Source: Candidatus Latescibacterota bacterium (GTDB taxonomy: Bacteria > Latescibacterota > UBA2968 > UBA8231). Taken from it: a stretch of 64,000 nucleotides of DNA. Below are positions 54,671-64,000 of the stretch, piece by piece. Position 1 is the first letter of the stretch. Every line of letters begins with the position of its first letter. The position numbers and the translations under genes are program-made. The stretch lies in the NCBI GenBank assembly GCA_965197905.1, contig CBDAOB010000004.1:608001-672000 (forward strand). Direction: 5' to 3'. Below the pieces are notes generated by a model. That model saw only the letters and a list, made by a program, of their open reading frames with translations. It did not search any database and was not told where the DNA came from.

Positions 54671-55312
54671 GTGACCTTGAGCAACTCGACCGCGCTTCCC
54701 AAGCTGCGCCAGCTCCTGGCGCAGCGTCCCCCGCAACTCCCTCCTGGCTCGCACGAGGAAACGGCCGCCGTCGCCATGCTGCTTCGCGATGCCGGATCCA
54801 ACCTGCAGGTGCTGTTCATTGAGCGCATCGAACGAGAAGGCGACCCCTGGTCAGGACATATCGCCTTTCCGGGGGGTCGTCTTCGAGATCGCGCAGAGAC
54901 GCTTCGGGCAGCCGCGGAACGGGAGACCCGGGAAGAGATCGGCATCGATCTCGGCGAGGCCGATTATCTCGGCCGCCTTGACGACCTCTCCGGCACTACC
55001 CTTGCGGTTCAGGTAGCCGGCTTCGTGTATCTCCTCACGCAATCGGCACCACAGGGAACATCGGATCGAGAATCGCTCGAGACAAACCTCACCTTGAATC
55101 ACGAGGTGCGGAGCGCGTTCTGGATAGATTTGAAGGATCTGGTGGATCCTCGTCGCCACCTTCATTCCCACTTTCCGATCGGCGGCCGGCAGCTGTTGCA
55201 GCCCGCCATTGAGATGGGCACGGATAGGCCGCTGTTATGGGGCTTGACCTACCGCTTCGTCATGCAGGTCGTCCAGGGATTGGGGATCGAGATTTCGGGT
55301 GTCACCTCATGA
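54671..55312 (+). CDS. Nudix CoA pyrophosphatase
   Basis: AAVA, WSGHIAFPGG, RETREEIG, LWGLT. Confidence 0.9.
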   Translation: MTLSNSTALPKLRQLLAQRPPQLPPGSHEETAAVAMLLRDAGSNLQVLFIERIEREGDPWSGHIAFPGGRLRDRAETLRAAAERETREEIGIDLGEADYLGRLDDLSGTTLAVQVAGFVYLLTQSAPQGTSDRESLETNLTLNHEVRSAFWIDLKDLVDPRRHLHSHFPIGGRQLLQPAIEMGTDRPLLWGLTYRFVMQVVQGLGIEISGVTS

Positions 55313-55432
55313 CATCAGAAAGCTCTAGCTCCGTCTTGTGGTTGGCCGAGAGTTTTCTTGCCAAATTGACAAAGCTTGCCGCCGTACGGAGATTGATCGC
55401 AGACAGGCCAACCATCGGGAGATCCATAGGAA

Positions 55433-56401
55433 ATGCTCGCGAAACAGATCGTACTAGGCGTTCTCACCACCCTCTTCGCGTTGTCGGCAACCTGCGCCGC
55501 CGGCACGGATAAATCCAATCAGAAAAAAACCATCCCCGAGCTCTTCAAGATGACGCGGCCGGCGGTAGCCACGGTCCTCGCCACCGAGTACAAGCGACGG
55601 AGCAAGACCACGCATCAGGGCAGCGGTTTCTTCGTCAGTGGGGATGGGCGTTTTGTTACCAACCATCACGTGATTCCGGACAACGTCTACTCCGCGAAGA
55701 TAAAATTGTACAAAGGCTCGGAGTATTCGATCAAGGAGGTGCTTGCCCGCGACGAGGAAAAAGACCTGCTGCTGGTTGCTGTGGACATCCCTGCAGATTC
55801 GGTTCGATACCTGGAGGTCAATGCGGCCGTGCCCGAGATCGGTGAAGACATTCTGGTAGTGGGCAGCCCCAAAGGACTAGACCAAACCGCCACCCGGGGA
55901 ATCGTGTCGTCGGTACGCCGGGATTCAACCCACGGCAAGGTAATTCAGATCGATGCGCCAATCTCGCCGGGATCCAGCGGCAGTCCCGTGCTGGGGATGG
56001 ACGGTACCGTCGTCGGCGTGGCGACTTTCAAGAAGGATGGCGAGAATCTCAACTTCGCGATTCCGGGAGAGAGCCTGATCGAGTTAATGCAGACGATCTC
56101 CGAAACCAGCTCTCTGGCCGAATACGGGGATCCGTTCGACGACCTGATGATGGTGAAGGCTGGTGTGCAGGAAATGATGACGCAGGAGGTGGGAACGCTT
56201 GATTCGAATCAGGTGGCGGTGATCAGCCACATCTTCGAGGTTCCAGGGGAGAGCATCAGCCGGTTTCGCTGGGGTCCTTCGGTGGCGGCGCCGCCGCACC
56301 GGCTGGCGGGGACCATATGGTACACCATATGGTACGAGCAGGACGACCAGAAGCTAAGCAGCACGGTGAGGATCGATTCGACGGGCAGCGTGATCGAATA
56401 G
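55433..56401 (+). CDS. Secreted trypsin-like (S1C) serine protease
   Basis: Signal peptide; GSGF, TNHHV, DL.L, ISPGSSGSP catalytic triad. Confidence 0.9.
   Translation: MLAKQIVLGVLTTLFALSATCAAGTDKSNQKKTIPELFKMTRPAVATVLATEYKRRSKTTHQGSGFFVSGDGRFVTNHHVIPDNVYSAKIKLYKGSEYSIKEVLARDEEKDLLLVAVDIPADSVRYLEVNAAVPEIGEDILVVGSPKGLDQTATRGIVSSVRRDSTHGKVIQIDAPISPGSSGSPVLGMDGTVVGVATFKKDGENLNFAIPGESLIELMQTISETSSLAEYGDPFDDLMMVKAGVQEMMTQEVGTLDSNQVAVISHIFEVPGESISRFRWGPSVAAPPHRLAGTIWYTIWYEQDDQKLSSTVRIDSTGSVIE
56312..56335 (+). repeat. Perfect 12-bp tandem duplication (TIWY-TIWY)
   Basis: ACCATATGGTAC twice; each unit contains the palindrome ACCATATGGT. Confidence 0.9.
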
Positions 56402-56408
56402 GGTTGCG

Positions 56409-57440
56409 GTGGATGCTGGAGATAAACAGTCGATTGGCGATCAGGGTCTCGAAGTAACGCAGCTGGGTTTAGGAGGGACCTCCTACGCCAATATGTACTC
56501 GGCAGTCACCGAGCCGGTGGCCGTCGACACTATCAGATCCGCGTTTGATGCCGGCATTCGTTATTTCGATACCGCCCCTTTGTACGGATTCGGGCTCAGC
56601 GAATCCCGCCTCGGGGCCGGCCTGGAGCATTTGGATAGAGCAGAGTGTGTCGTCTCGTCCAAAGTAGGCTACACTCTGGTACCTCGTGGCACTTCCGAGC
56701 CACCTGTGGAGATCTTCGTAGACACTCCCCCGTTGGCGAGCGCCTTCGATTACTCCCGCGATACCATCCTTAGATCGATCGATGAGAGCATGGAGCGCCT
56801 GCATCTCTCGCGCATCGATCTGGTTTACGTTCACGATCCCGACCGCTGCATCAGCATCGACCTCAACTTCGATCCCAATCAAGAAACCGACTATCGACAG
56901 GTATTGGATGAAACCTTTCCCGCACTTGCCGAATTGCGCAGTCAGGGTGTGATCGGCGCCCTAGGCGTCGGCATGAATCAATGGCAGATGCTCTGTGATT
57001 TCGCCCGCGCCGCCGATTTCGACTGCTTCCTGTTGGCGGGGCGTTACACCCTGCTGGAACAGAATTCGGTTACCGAGCTGTTGCCGCTATGTCAGGAGAA
57101 GAAAATCCGCATCGTCGTTGGCGGCCCTTACAATTCCGGTATACTCGCTTCCGGCCCGGTGGACGGAGCCTACTACAATTATGCGACAGCACCTCCCGAT
57201 GTCATGAAAAAAACCCGGGAGATCGAGGCCGTCTGCCAGCGCCATGGAGTAGCCTTGGCCGCCGCGGCCTTGCAGTTCCCGTTCGGCCACCCCTCCGTAG
57301 CCTCTGTCATTCCAGGCGCCCGTGCTGTCGCCGAGCTGCAGGAAAACGTGGCCCATTTTGCAACGGAGATCCCTTCTCAGATGTGGCAGGAGCTTCAGGA
57401 ACTGGGTCTGCTTCATCCGGAGGCGCCACTTCCGAGGTGA
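56409..57440 (+). CDS. Aldo/keto reductase (D-threo-aldose 1-dehydrogenase-like)
   Basis: YFDTAPLYG.G.SE, SSKVG, VYVHDPD, LLAGRYTLL, GGPYNSG. Confidence 0.9.
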   Translation: MDAGDKQSIGDQGLEVTQLGLGGTSYANMYSAVTEPVAVDTIRSAFDAGIRYFDTAPLYGFGLSESRLGAGLEHLDRAECVVSSKVGYTLVPRGTSEPPVEIFVDTPPLASAFDYSRDTILRSIDESMERLHLSRIDLVYVHDPDRCISIDLNFDPNQETDYRQVLDETFPALAELRSQGVIGALGVGMNQWQMLCDFARAADFDCFLLAGRYTLLEQNSVTELLPLCQEKKIRIVVGGPYNSGILASGPVDGAYYNYATAPPDVMKKTREIEAVCQRHGVALAAAALQFPFGHPSVASVIPGARAVAELQENVAHFATEIPSQMWQELQELGLLHPEAPLPR

Positions 57441-57515
57441 CGCCTGGCTCGCAGGGCCACGTCTTTGAACTATCACACTCTTGTAATTCTTTCGAAACCG
57501 ACATCGAGGTGAATT

Positions 57516-58466
57516 GTGGAATTGCGGCGCCTTCTGGGCACTGAACTCGACGTATCTCCCATCTGTTTCGGCATGATGTACGGCAGCGATGCGAGGAAAG
57601 ACCCGGAGCTGAAGAAACAAGCCCTGCGTCGTGGCCTTGAGTCCGGCATCAATTTCGTCCATTCCTGTATGGAGTACGGCACATGGCCGGTACTGGCCGA
57701 CGTCCTTGACGATTGGCCCGAACGCAAGCAGCTGGTCCATGCCATCAAGATGATTCTGCCCGAAGATGAAGACAACAACAGATTCTACCCGGACAAATTT
57801 CGGCGGCGAGTGGACGACCATTTGACCGCCCTGCGCACAGACCGGATCGACATTCTCCAGTACCAGTGGCGAGTCGCTCCTGGAACCGATATACCACCCC
57901 TGGATCTGTTCCGTCGCGTGATCGACGATGTAGTCGCTACTTTCGAGACCTTGCGAGACGAAGGCAAAGCCGGCTATTTGATGGTATTTCCCAACGCCTC
58001 CTGCAAAATGGAGGTTATCGAAACCGGTCACTTTTCGGGCATGATTGCGGTGTGCAACCTCGCCCGTCTGGATTTCGGCGCCCTCTACACCGAGCTGGAA
58101 CGGCGCAATATGGGGCTGTTGGGGTTCAGCCCTTTGCAGGGAGGCAGTCTCACCGATCGCCACGACCGTCATCCCGTTGGGGAGAGCGGTGACCGCCGCA
58201 GCGGCGAGTTCTACGAAGTGGAGTACAAGAAGCGGGAACGGATCGTGGCCTGTTTCAGGGACGAGATCGGTCCTTCGATGACGAGTTTTGCGTTGCGGGC
58301 GCTGCTGTCGACTCCGGTGATGGGCAGTCTGATCGCGGGTATGAGCACCGCCGACCAAGTGGACGAGATCGTGTCAGCGGTGCAGCAACCGGCACTGCTT
58401 CCCGACATCTTCGAGCGCGCTGTGGAGTTGTGGCACAACGAACTGGAGCCGCTGGAACGCCCGTGA
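57516..58466 (+). CDS. Aldo/keto reductase with an atypical catalytic tetrad
   Basis: VSPICFG, L..L.TDRIDILQ, GFSPL.GG.LT fold motifs; Asp replaced by His and His by Gln. Confidence 0.8.
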   Translation: MELRRLLGTELDVSPICFGMMYGSDARKDPELKKQALRRGLESGINFVHSCMEYGTWPVLADVLDDWPERKQLVHAIKMILPEDEDNNRFYPDKFRRRVDDHLTALRTDRIDILQYQWRVAPGTDIPPLDLFRRVIDDVVATFETLRDEGKAGYLMVFPNASCKMEVIETGHFSGMIAVCNLARLDFGALYTELERRNMGLLGFSPLQGGSLTDRHDRHPVGESGDRRSGEFYEVEYKKRERIVACFRDEIGPSMTSFALRALLSTPVMGSLIAGMSTADQVDEIVSAVQQPALLPDIFERAVELWHNELEPLERP

Positions 58467-58474
58467 TGGCGTAG

Positions 58475-59563
58475 TCAGGTCAGCAACCGCGGGTACGAGG
58501 TCAGCTGCACCAGTCCCAGCTCAGTGAGGTGGTAGTTTTCCTCCAGCCGGATTCCCGCCCTCATTTCTTCCGAATACAACCCCGGTTCCATCGTAAAGAC
58601 ATCCCCCACCTCGAAGGTAGCGTCGTAGTTCGGGTTGAGCTCGGGGGGTTCGTGAGGCAAGAGACCGATGCCGTGCCCCAGATGGTGCACCATACCTTCG
58701 TAACCGGCTTGCCTGAATATGTCGTCGGCGATTTGATACAACTCGTGGGCTCTTGTCCCTGGTCTCACGGCGGTCTCCAGCACCGGAAAGAGGCCGTCGA
58801 TCGCCTCCCACGCCTTCTGTTGAACCTCGCTCGGCTGCCCGTCGACGGCGAAGGTCCGGCAGTTGTCGGCGTGATAGCCGTGAAGACTGGGTCCCGCATC
58901 GAGGATGTAAAGTTCGCCTGCCTGCATGGTGCGCCGCCGCGCCGCGCCGCCCCTGTCGTTGGCGCGATAGTCGTTGCCAAGATGCTCCAGATCCTCCCCC
59001 GCCCTTTTGGTAGCTTCTTGCCGGATATATCCGAACACCTCGATCTCATCCGCTCCGGGACGAACCGCCTCCTTCGCCGCATCATACATTGCTGCGGTGA
59101 TGCCGATAGCGCCGCGAATCGCTTCAACCTCGTCATCGTGTTTGTTCTTGCGCAGCCGCAGGATGAACGGGGTTATGTCCCGCGCGTCGCTTCCGGCCAG
59201 GGCGAGGATGCAGCCGACGCCGCCTCCCATATCCACACCCAAAGAGCCGACGTTGGAGACGCTCAGGGCCAATTTCTCGGCCACCATCTCGTACTGACGA
59301 TTGTGCATGGTGGCCAAAAATTCGGTCTCGTAGGCAACAATCTTGTCAGCGGCGACCTCCACGTCCGCGTCGGCAGCGACAAGCGTGACTTCACCGTTGG
59401 CGCGTATAAGGGCAGCGGCGGCGTGGTTGAGGTTGTGAAGCCAGCCGGTGAAATAGTAGACGTGTGGCCGGCGCGAAACGATGGCCCCGTCCAGCTCGTT
59501 TTGATGGAGAACCTCGATCAGGCGCTGCTGTCGCGCACGACATCCTTCCACTGTGAGTTTCAC
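58475..59563 (-). CDS. M24 Xaa-Pro peptidase
   Basis: LDAG....GYHAD..RTF, HLGHGIG..PHEPP, TMEPGLY, GIRLEEN. Confidence 0.9.
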   Translation of the reverse strand: MKLTVEGCRARQQRLIEVLHQNELDGAIVSRRPHVYYFTGWLHNLNHAAAALIRANGEVTLVAADADVEVAADKIVAYETEFLATMHNRQYEMVAEKLALSVSNVGSLGVDMGGGVGCILALAGSDARDITPFILRLRKNKHDDEVEAIRGAIGITAAMYDAAKEAVRPGADEIEVFGYIRQEATKRAGEDLEHLGNDYRANDRGGAARRRTMQAGELYILDAGPSLHGYHADNCRTFAVDGQPSEVQQKAWEAIDGLFPVLETAVRPGTRAHELYQIADDIFRQAGYEGMVHHLGHGIGLLPHEPPELNPNYDATFEVGDVFTMEPGLYSEEMRAGIRLEENYHLTELGLVQLTSYPRLLT

Positions 59564-59648
59564 TCGGCGTCCCTTCTTGTCAATCGGCCCTTCCCGGCCC
59601 ACGGGTATGTACCATTGTTGCCTAACCTGCCACGGTCTCGGTGGGGCA

Positions 59649-60728
59649 TCAGGTGTAGCGATCGTATCCAGCGTTTTTCTTCAGCTGCTCCATCACTTCC
59701 TTGACCCGCTGGGACTGGGACCGGCTGCACACCAACAGCGCGTCCTCGGTATCCACCACCACCAGATCCTCTACGCCGACCAGCGCCAGGAGTTTTCCCT
59801 TGGGGCCATAGACGATGTTGTTCTTCGCATCCAGCTTCAACGCCTCGCCAGATATCAGATTGCCCTCCTCGTCCGTCGGCAATACGTCGGTGAGCGCCGC
59901 CCACGAACCGATATCCCCCCAGTTCATGACCGCCTCGAGCGCCACTACCTTGTCGGTTCTCTCGATCACTTGATTGTCGATGGCGCCGGCGGGAAGCTGA
60001 GGATACTCTCTCGCGATGATCTCCGCTTCCTGGTTTGAGACCGCAGCTTCTTTGATACGCATCAGGACCTCGTGCATCCGCGGCTCGAAGCGCGAGATCA
60101 GATCCAACATGGTCGCCGCCTTCCATACGAACATGTTGATATTCCACAAATATTGTCCGCTTTGCAGATAGGTGCGAGCACGAGCCTCATCCGGTTTCTC
60201 GGTAAACTGCTCGACATGGTAGACTGGCTCCCCCGCAAACTCGCCAAGCTCGGGACCTTTACGGATATACCCGTACCCCGTCTCCGGCCGCGTGGGTCTG
60301 GCGCCCATAACCAGCAGCTGATCTCCATGGGTGTTGATGGTTTTTTCCGCAACCTGAAGCAGGCGGCGGAACTCATCCGCCCTGCCGATGAAGTGGTCCG
60401 ATCCCAGACTGGCCACAGTACAACCCGGAAACCGCGCTTCCATCAATGCGGATTCCAACCCGATCGCCGGTCCGGTGTTGCGCAGCGCCGGCTCGATGAT
60501 GAGATGGTCCTCGGGCAGATCGGGCAACTGCTCGCGCACCAACCCGGCCATCTCCGTTCCCGTGGAGACGAAGATGTCGTCGCCCACCGCAATGGGGCCG
60601 ATCCGCTCCACCGCCTCCTGTAGCATGGTACGATCTCCCGCCATGGCGTGGAACTGTTTCGGTCGATGAGAGCGACTGTAGGGCCAGAGCCGAGTGCCGA
60701 CACCTCCGGCGCGAACTACAAATTTCAT
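59649..60728 (-). CDS. manC: Mannose-1-phosphate guanylyltransferase
   Basis: AGGVGTRLWP.SR...PKQF, EP..RNTGPA, SDH, ETGYGYI, F.EKPD, WGDIGSW. Confidence 0.93.
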   Translation of the reverse strand: MKFVVRAGGVGTRLWPYSRSHRPKQFHAMAGDRTMLQEAVERIGPIAVGDDIFVSTGTEMAGLVREQLPDLPEDHLIIEPALRNTGPAIGLESALMEARFPGCTVASLGSDHFIGRADEFRRLLQVAEKTINTHGDQLLVMGARPTRPETGYGYIRKGPELGEFAGEPVYHVEQFTEKPDEARARTYLQSGQYLWNINMFVWKAATMLDLISRFEPRMHEVLMRIKEAAVSNQEAEIIAREYPQLPAGAIDNQVIERTDKVVALEAVMNWGDIGSWAALTDVLPTDEEGNLISGEALKLDAKNNIVYGPKGKLLALVGVEDLVVVDTEDALLVCSRSQSQRVKEVMEQLKKNAGYDRYT

Positions 60729-60739
60729 GTGTTCTCCGA

Positions 60740-61726
60740 TCAAGCGGGCGCCGCGAGAAGATACTCGAGACGCTCCTCATCCAGTGGAGCGACGGCGAAC
60801 CGTCGACCGGCCGGAATTAGATAAGTATCTGCCGGTCTCAGAACAAAATGGGTCTTCTCCCCTCGCAACTGGGCGGTGCCGCGAACCAACGTCAGGGCTC
60901 GAAATCTGGCTTGAGAGCGGAATTTAGCCGCACCCCTATACAGATCGAGTCGAAAGTGGTCTCCGTCGACCAGGCACTCCTGGGATGGCCCCGACTCGTC
61001 GCCGTGCCGGGTCACCCGCGCCGGATCGGAGTCGTAGTTGGTCACCGCCAACGCCTGATCCAGGTGAAGTGCGCGGGGGAGTCCGTCCACCCCCACCCGC
61101 CCATAATCGTAGATGCGAAAGGTTAGATCGCTATTCTGCTGGACCTCGTAGAGCATGACCCCCCCGCAGATGGCGTGGACCGTGCCCGGTGGCGTTTGCA
61201 CGAGATCGCCCTCCCGAACCCTGACGTATTTCAAGAGATTCTCGGCGCAACCACGTTCGACCGCGTCACGCAGTTTTTCGGCGTCGACGCGCCGCCTGAA
61301 CCCGTGCGCCACCCGACCCCGCTGCGAGCCCAAAATATACCAGGCTTCCGCCTTGCCGAAATCACCAAGGTTATTACAGCGAACGTAGGTATCGCCAGGA
61401 TGGACCTGCACCGACAGGTCTTCATGGGCATCGATCAGCTTGACCAACAAGGGGAATTTGCCGCCGTAACGCTCCCATGCGCGGAGTCCCAACAATTGCT
61501 CGCGGTAGGTTGCCGTCAATCGCGAGACCGTCCAACCCTGAAGCGGACCGGCCGCAACCACGCTTTCATGGCCGGGGACGGCCGACAACTCCAGCGATTC
61601 ACCGATAGGTTTGTTCTTGGGAAGTGGTCTGGCGTAGGTGAGCTCTAATCGACGCCCGCCCCAGACGGTTTCGCGCAGATGGGGTTTCATCGGCAGCAGA
61701 TCCATCAAGCTGGGGTGGTTGCTCAT
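60740..61726 (-). CDS. manA: Mannose-6-phosphate isomerase, type I
   Basis: VWGG..L, FPLLVKLIDA...LSVQVHP, GKAEAW, PPGTVHAI, EVQQNSD.T.R.YDY. Confidence 0.92.
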   Translation of the reverse strand: MSNHPSLMDLLPMKPHLRETVWGGRRLELTYARPLPKNKPIGESLELSAVPGHESVVAAGPLQGWTVSRLTATYREQLLGLRAWERYGGKFPLLVKLIDAHEDLSVQVHPGDTYVRCNNLGDFGKAEAWYILGSQRGRVAHGFRRRVDAEKLRDAVERGCAENLLKYVRVREGDLVQTPPGTVHAICGGVMLYEVQQNSDLTFRIYDYGRVGVDGLPRALHLDQALAVTNYDSDPARVTRHGDESGPSQECLVDGDHFRLDLYRGAAKFRSQARFRALTLVRGTAQLRGEKTHFVLRPADTYLIPAGRRFAVAPLDEERLEYLLAAPA

Positions 61727-61832
61727 AGATACCGGGTGAATCTCAGATCTGTGTGGGATGGGCTCGGAAGCGGTCCAGACTCATCCTGCAAAGATAGAAC
61801 CCCGCGATTTCCATTACCAACAGACCAAATCG

Positions 61833-63302
61833 CTACCTATTCTGTACCAACTCGTCGTTGTGCCAGTACCCCGACTTAGACTTCCCACTTGCCCGGTAGA
61901 TGGTGCCAGGGCCCTCCTTATATCCGTCGAACCACTGACCGACGTAGCGGCTTCCATCGGGCCAGGTGTAGGTGCCCTGTCCGTGCATGGCCCCTTCCCA
62001 CCAGTCGCCGGCATAGCGGTCGCCGGAGGTCCAGGTGTAGACCCCGTATCCATGTTCGTGGCCGAAGCGGTACTCGCCCTCGAAGCGGTTGCCATTCTTC
62101 CACATGAAAACACCGCGGCCATGTCGCTTCCCCTCCCGCCATTTGCCTTCGTAGCGGTTCCCGTTCGTCCAGACGAAACTGCCCTCTCCGTGGACCTTGC
62201 CCTCGGCCCAATCGCCGGTGTAGTAGTCCCCGGCTGCCAGCGTGAACGTGCCTTCCCCGTGGCGCTGGTCGTTTTGAAAGGCGCCGACGTAGGTGTCGCC
62301 ATTGTGCCAGGTGTAGGTGCCCTGCCCATGCAGCTTGTCATCCCAAAAATCCCCCACGTATCGATTCCCGTTGGACCACACGAAGATCCCCTTGCCATCG
62401 CGTTTTCCCGAGCGATAGCTGCCCTCGTAGCGATCGCCTGCGACGGTAGTAAACACCCCCTTGCCGTTCGATTTGTCGTTGCGCCATTCGCCGTCGAACT
62501 GGTCGCCGTTGATCCAGGTAAAGTGACCTTTGCCGTAACGTTGGTTCTCGCGCCAGTTTCCAACGTATTGATCCCCATTGTGCCAGGTAAGCGTACCCTG
62601 TCCATGGCGGTTGTCGTCGCGCCAGTCGCCTCGATATTCGTCGCGGTTGGACCAGGTCAGGGTACCGCTACCGTATCGCCGCCCATTGCGCCACTCGCCG
62701 GCGTACGTCTCACCGTTGGTCCAGGTAAAAATGCCCTGACCATGGGGTTGGTCGCTGCTCCAAGTGCCCTCGTAGGTGTCGCCGTTGTTCCACCAGTAAC
62801 TTCCCTGACCGTGGCGCAGGTCGGCATACCACTCCCCCCCATAGCTCTCACCCTGCGAGTTCTTAAATGTGCCCTCGCCGTGACGCTGTCCCAACCGCCA
62901 TGACCCGGAATACTCCGAACCGCTGACGTATCTGCGTTGTCCGTTGCCATGGGGCAACAAGCCGGTCTCGGCGGGGGGTCGCAGGCGGATCTCGCCGATG
63001 TAAGTTCCCTGCTCTGCCCAGACGACGCGGAATTCTCCCACCGCTTCCCCCTCTTCGAAGCGGCCGCTTGCTTCTTCCCCTTCTGGCAGCCAGCGATACG
63101 TCCCGGTCCCGTGGGGCAAACCGCGGACGAACTGGCCCTCGTACTCCTGCCGATTAAAGTAGAGCAACTTCCCAGCTCCGTGAGGCTGGCCGTCCTGGGT
63201 CTCGCCGCGATATTTCCCTTCCGGAAGGGTGAGGTGTTCTTCAGCTTCCAGAGGCGCACCTAGAATTAGCCCCAGCAGTGGAGCCCATTTCCACGTTGAC
63301 AT
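61833..63302 (-). CDS. Secreted MORN-repeat protein (about 19-20 repeats)
   Basis: Signal peptide followed by 23-aa repeats Y.G.W..(D/G)..HG.G...W.NG.. Confidence 0.93.
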   Translation of the reverse strand: MSTWKWAPLLGLILGAPLEAEEHLTLPEGKYRGETQDGQPHGAGKLLYFNRQEYEGQFVRGLPHGTGTYRWLPEGEEASGRFEEGEAVGEFRVVWAEQGTYIGEIRLRPPAETGLLPHGNGQRRYVSGSEYSGSWRLGQRHGEGTFKNSQGESYGGEWYADLRHGQGSYWWNNGDTYEGTWSSDQPHGQGIFTWTNGETYAGEWRNGRRYGSGTLTWSNRDEYRGDWRDDNRHGQGTLTWHNGDQYVGNWRENQRYGKGHFTWINGDQFDGEWRNDKSNGKGVFTTVAGDRYEGSYRSGKRDGKGIFVWSNGNRYVGDFWDDKLHGQGTYTWHNGDTYVGAFQNDQRHGEGTFTLAAGDYYTGDWAEGKVHGEGSFVWTNGNRYEGKWREGKRHGRGVFMWKNGNRFEGEYRFGHEHGYGVYTWTSGDRYAGDWWEGAMHGQGTYTWPDGSRYVGQWFDGYKEGPGTIYRASGKSKSGYWHNDELVQNR

Positions 63303-63403
63303 CGCTCGGTTCCCCGGTATATCTTTCCGCCCGAAAGGGTCTATATTCGGTAAATAACAGGATTGCAGAAAGCTGTCCACACTGAATCAGACAGATCGAT
63401 ACC

Positions 63404-64000
63404 ATGAAGTACATAATGTTTACCAAACATCTGGAAGGTCTGGACCTGGCCGGCATCGCCGGAGCTCTGAACTCCGTGGGCGTTGAAGGGGCTGACTTGT
63501 GCGTGCGTGAGGGCTATCCGGTCAGTCCGGAGAACATCCAGACCGCCTTGCCGGACGCCGCCCAGCAGCTCGCCGACGAGGGCTTGTCGCTGCCCATGGT
63601 GACCGGACCGGGGGAGCTCACCCGACCGGACCTGGACTATGCGGACGAGTTTTACGGGGTTTGCGGCGAGGTGGGGGTCAAACATATCAAGATCGGGTAT
63701 TGGCAGTGGAACCGAGAGCAGCACTACTGGGACCAGGTGAGCGAAATCCGGCAGCAGCTGGAAGGGTTCCAGAAGCTGTCGGAGGAACATGGCGTGCAGA
63801 CCGTCGTACACACGCACTCCGGGACCAACATGGGGCTGAATAGCTGCTCGGTGATGGACCTGGTGCAGGACCTGGACCCGTCACTGGTGGGAGTCTTCCT
63901 GGACACCGGTCATTTGAGCCTGTGCGGCGAGCCGATTACCATGGCCCTCGACATCGTCAGAGATTACCTGTCGGTGATGGCATTCAAGGATATGATCTGG
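63404..64000 (+). CDS. Sugar-phosphate isomerase/epimerase (xylose-isomerase-like TIM barrel), truncated by the window end; missing from the ORF track
   Basis: My translation: MKYIMFTKHLEG...GVEGADLCVR.G...HTHSG...FLDTGH...MAFKD; the frame is open to the window end. Confidence 0.85.
   Translation, partial: MKYIMFTKHLEGLDLAGIAGALNSVGVEGADLCVREGYPVSPENIQTALPDAAQQLADEGLSLPMVTGPGELTRPDLDYADEFYGVCGEVGVKHIKIGYWQWNREQHYWDQVSEIRQQLEGFQKLSEEHGVQTVVHTHSGTNMGLNSCSVMDLVQDLDPSLVGVFLDTGHLSLCGEPITMALDIVRDYLSVMAFKDMIW

Noticed and set aside
55340..55413. GGTTGGCC...GGCCAACC inverted repeat as a MITE or sRNA
   Set aside because: Only 8-bp arms, seen once, with no target-site duplication or internal structure
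57087..59704. Long antisense ORFs 57087..58358 (-) and 58529..59704 (+)
   Set aside because: Shadow frames of well-supported genes in GC-rich DNA, with no recognisable domains
61758..62903. 381-aa hydrophobic repeat ORF on the + strand (and 61814..62605 on the - strand)
   Set aside because: The periodicity simply mirrors the MORN repeats of the real minus-strand gene

Overview
A GC-rich bacterial chromosomal segment of about 58 densely packed protein-coding genes. The PorX/PglZ regulator next to tsaE, the FadL-like and Omp85 barrels and KdsC point to a diderm of the FCB superphylum, for example Latescibacterota-like; this assignment is inferred. I saw no rRNA, tRNA, CRISPR array or mobile element. 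Housekeeping and metabolic genes include egtD, proA, htpG, ddl, rtcB, metB-like, xylB, glyA, kdsC, zwf, tal, msrA, mog, pgl, galM, manC and manA. The most notable items are: (1) a translationally coupled six-gene envelope operon whose core gene fuses a degenerate UshA-like domain with a CGC motif, four c-type hemes and a GILT/thioredoxin-like domain; (2) a histidine kinase with a triplicated 64-aa sensor module coupled to porX-tsaE; (3) a SAM-II riboswitch followed by two terminators upstream of a Met-biosynthesis gene; (4) a structured, double-terminator leader upstream of tal; (5) an archaeal-type 2-phosphoglycerate kinase-like gene; (6) an orphan, divergent flagellin with a sigma-54-like promoter. 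Several micro-lesions (frameshifts, deletions, tandem duplications, an apparent lost stop codon) could be real gene decay or assembly artefacts. All calls come from reading the sequence by eye; no searches were run.
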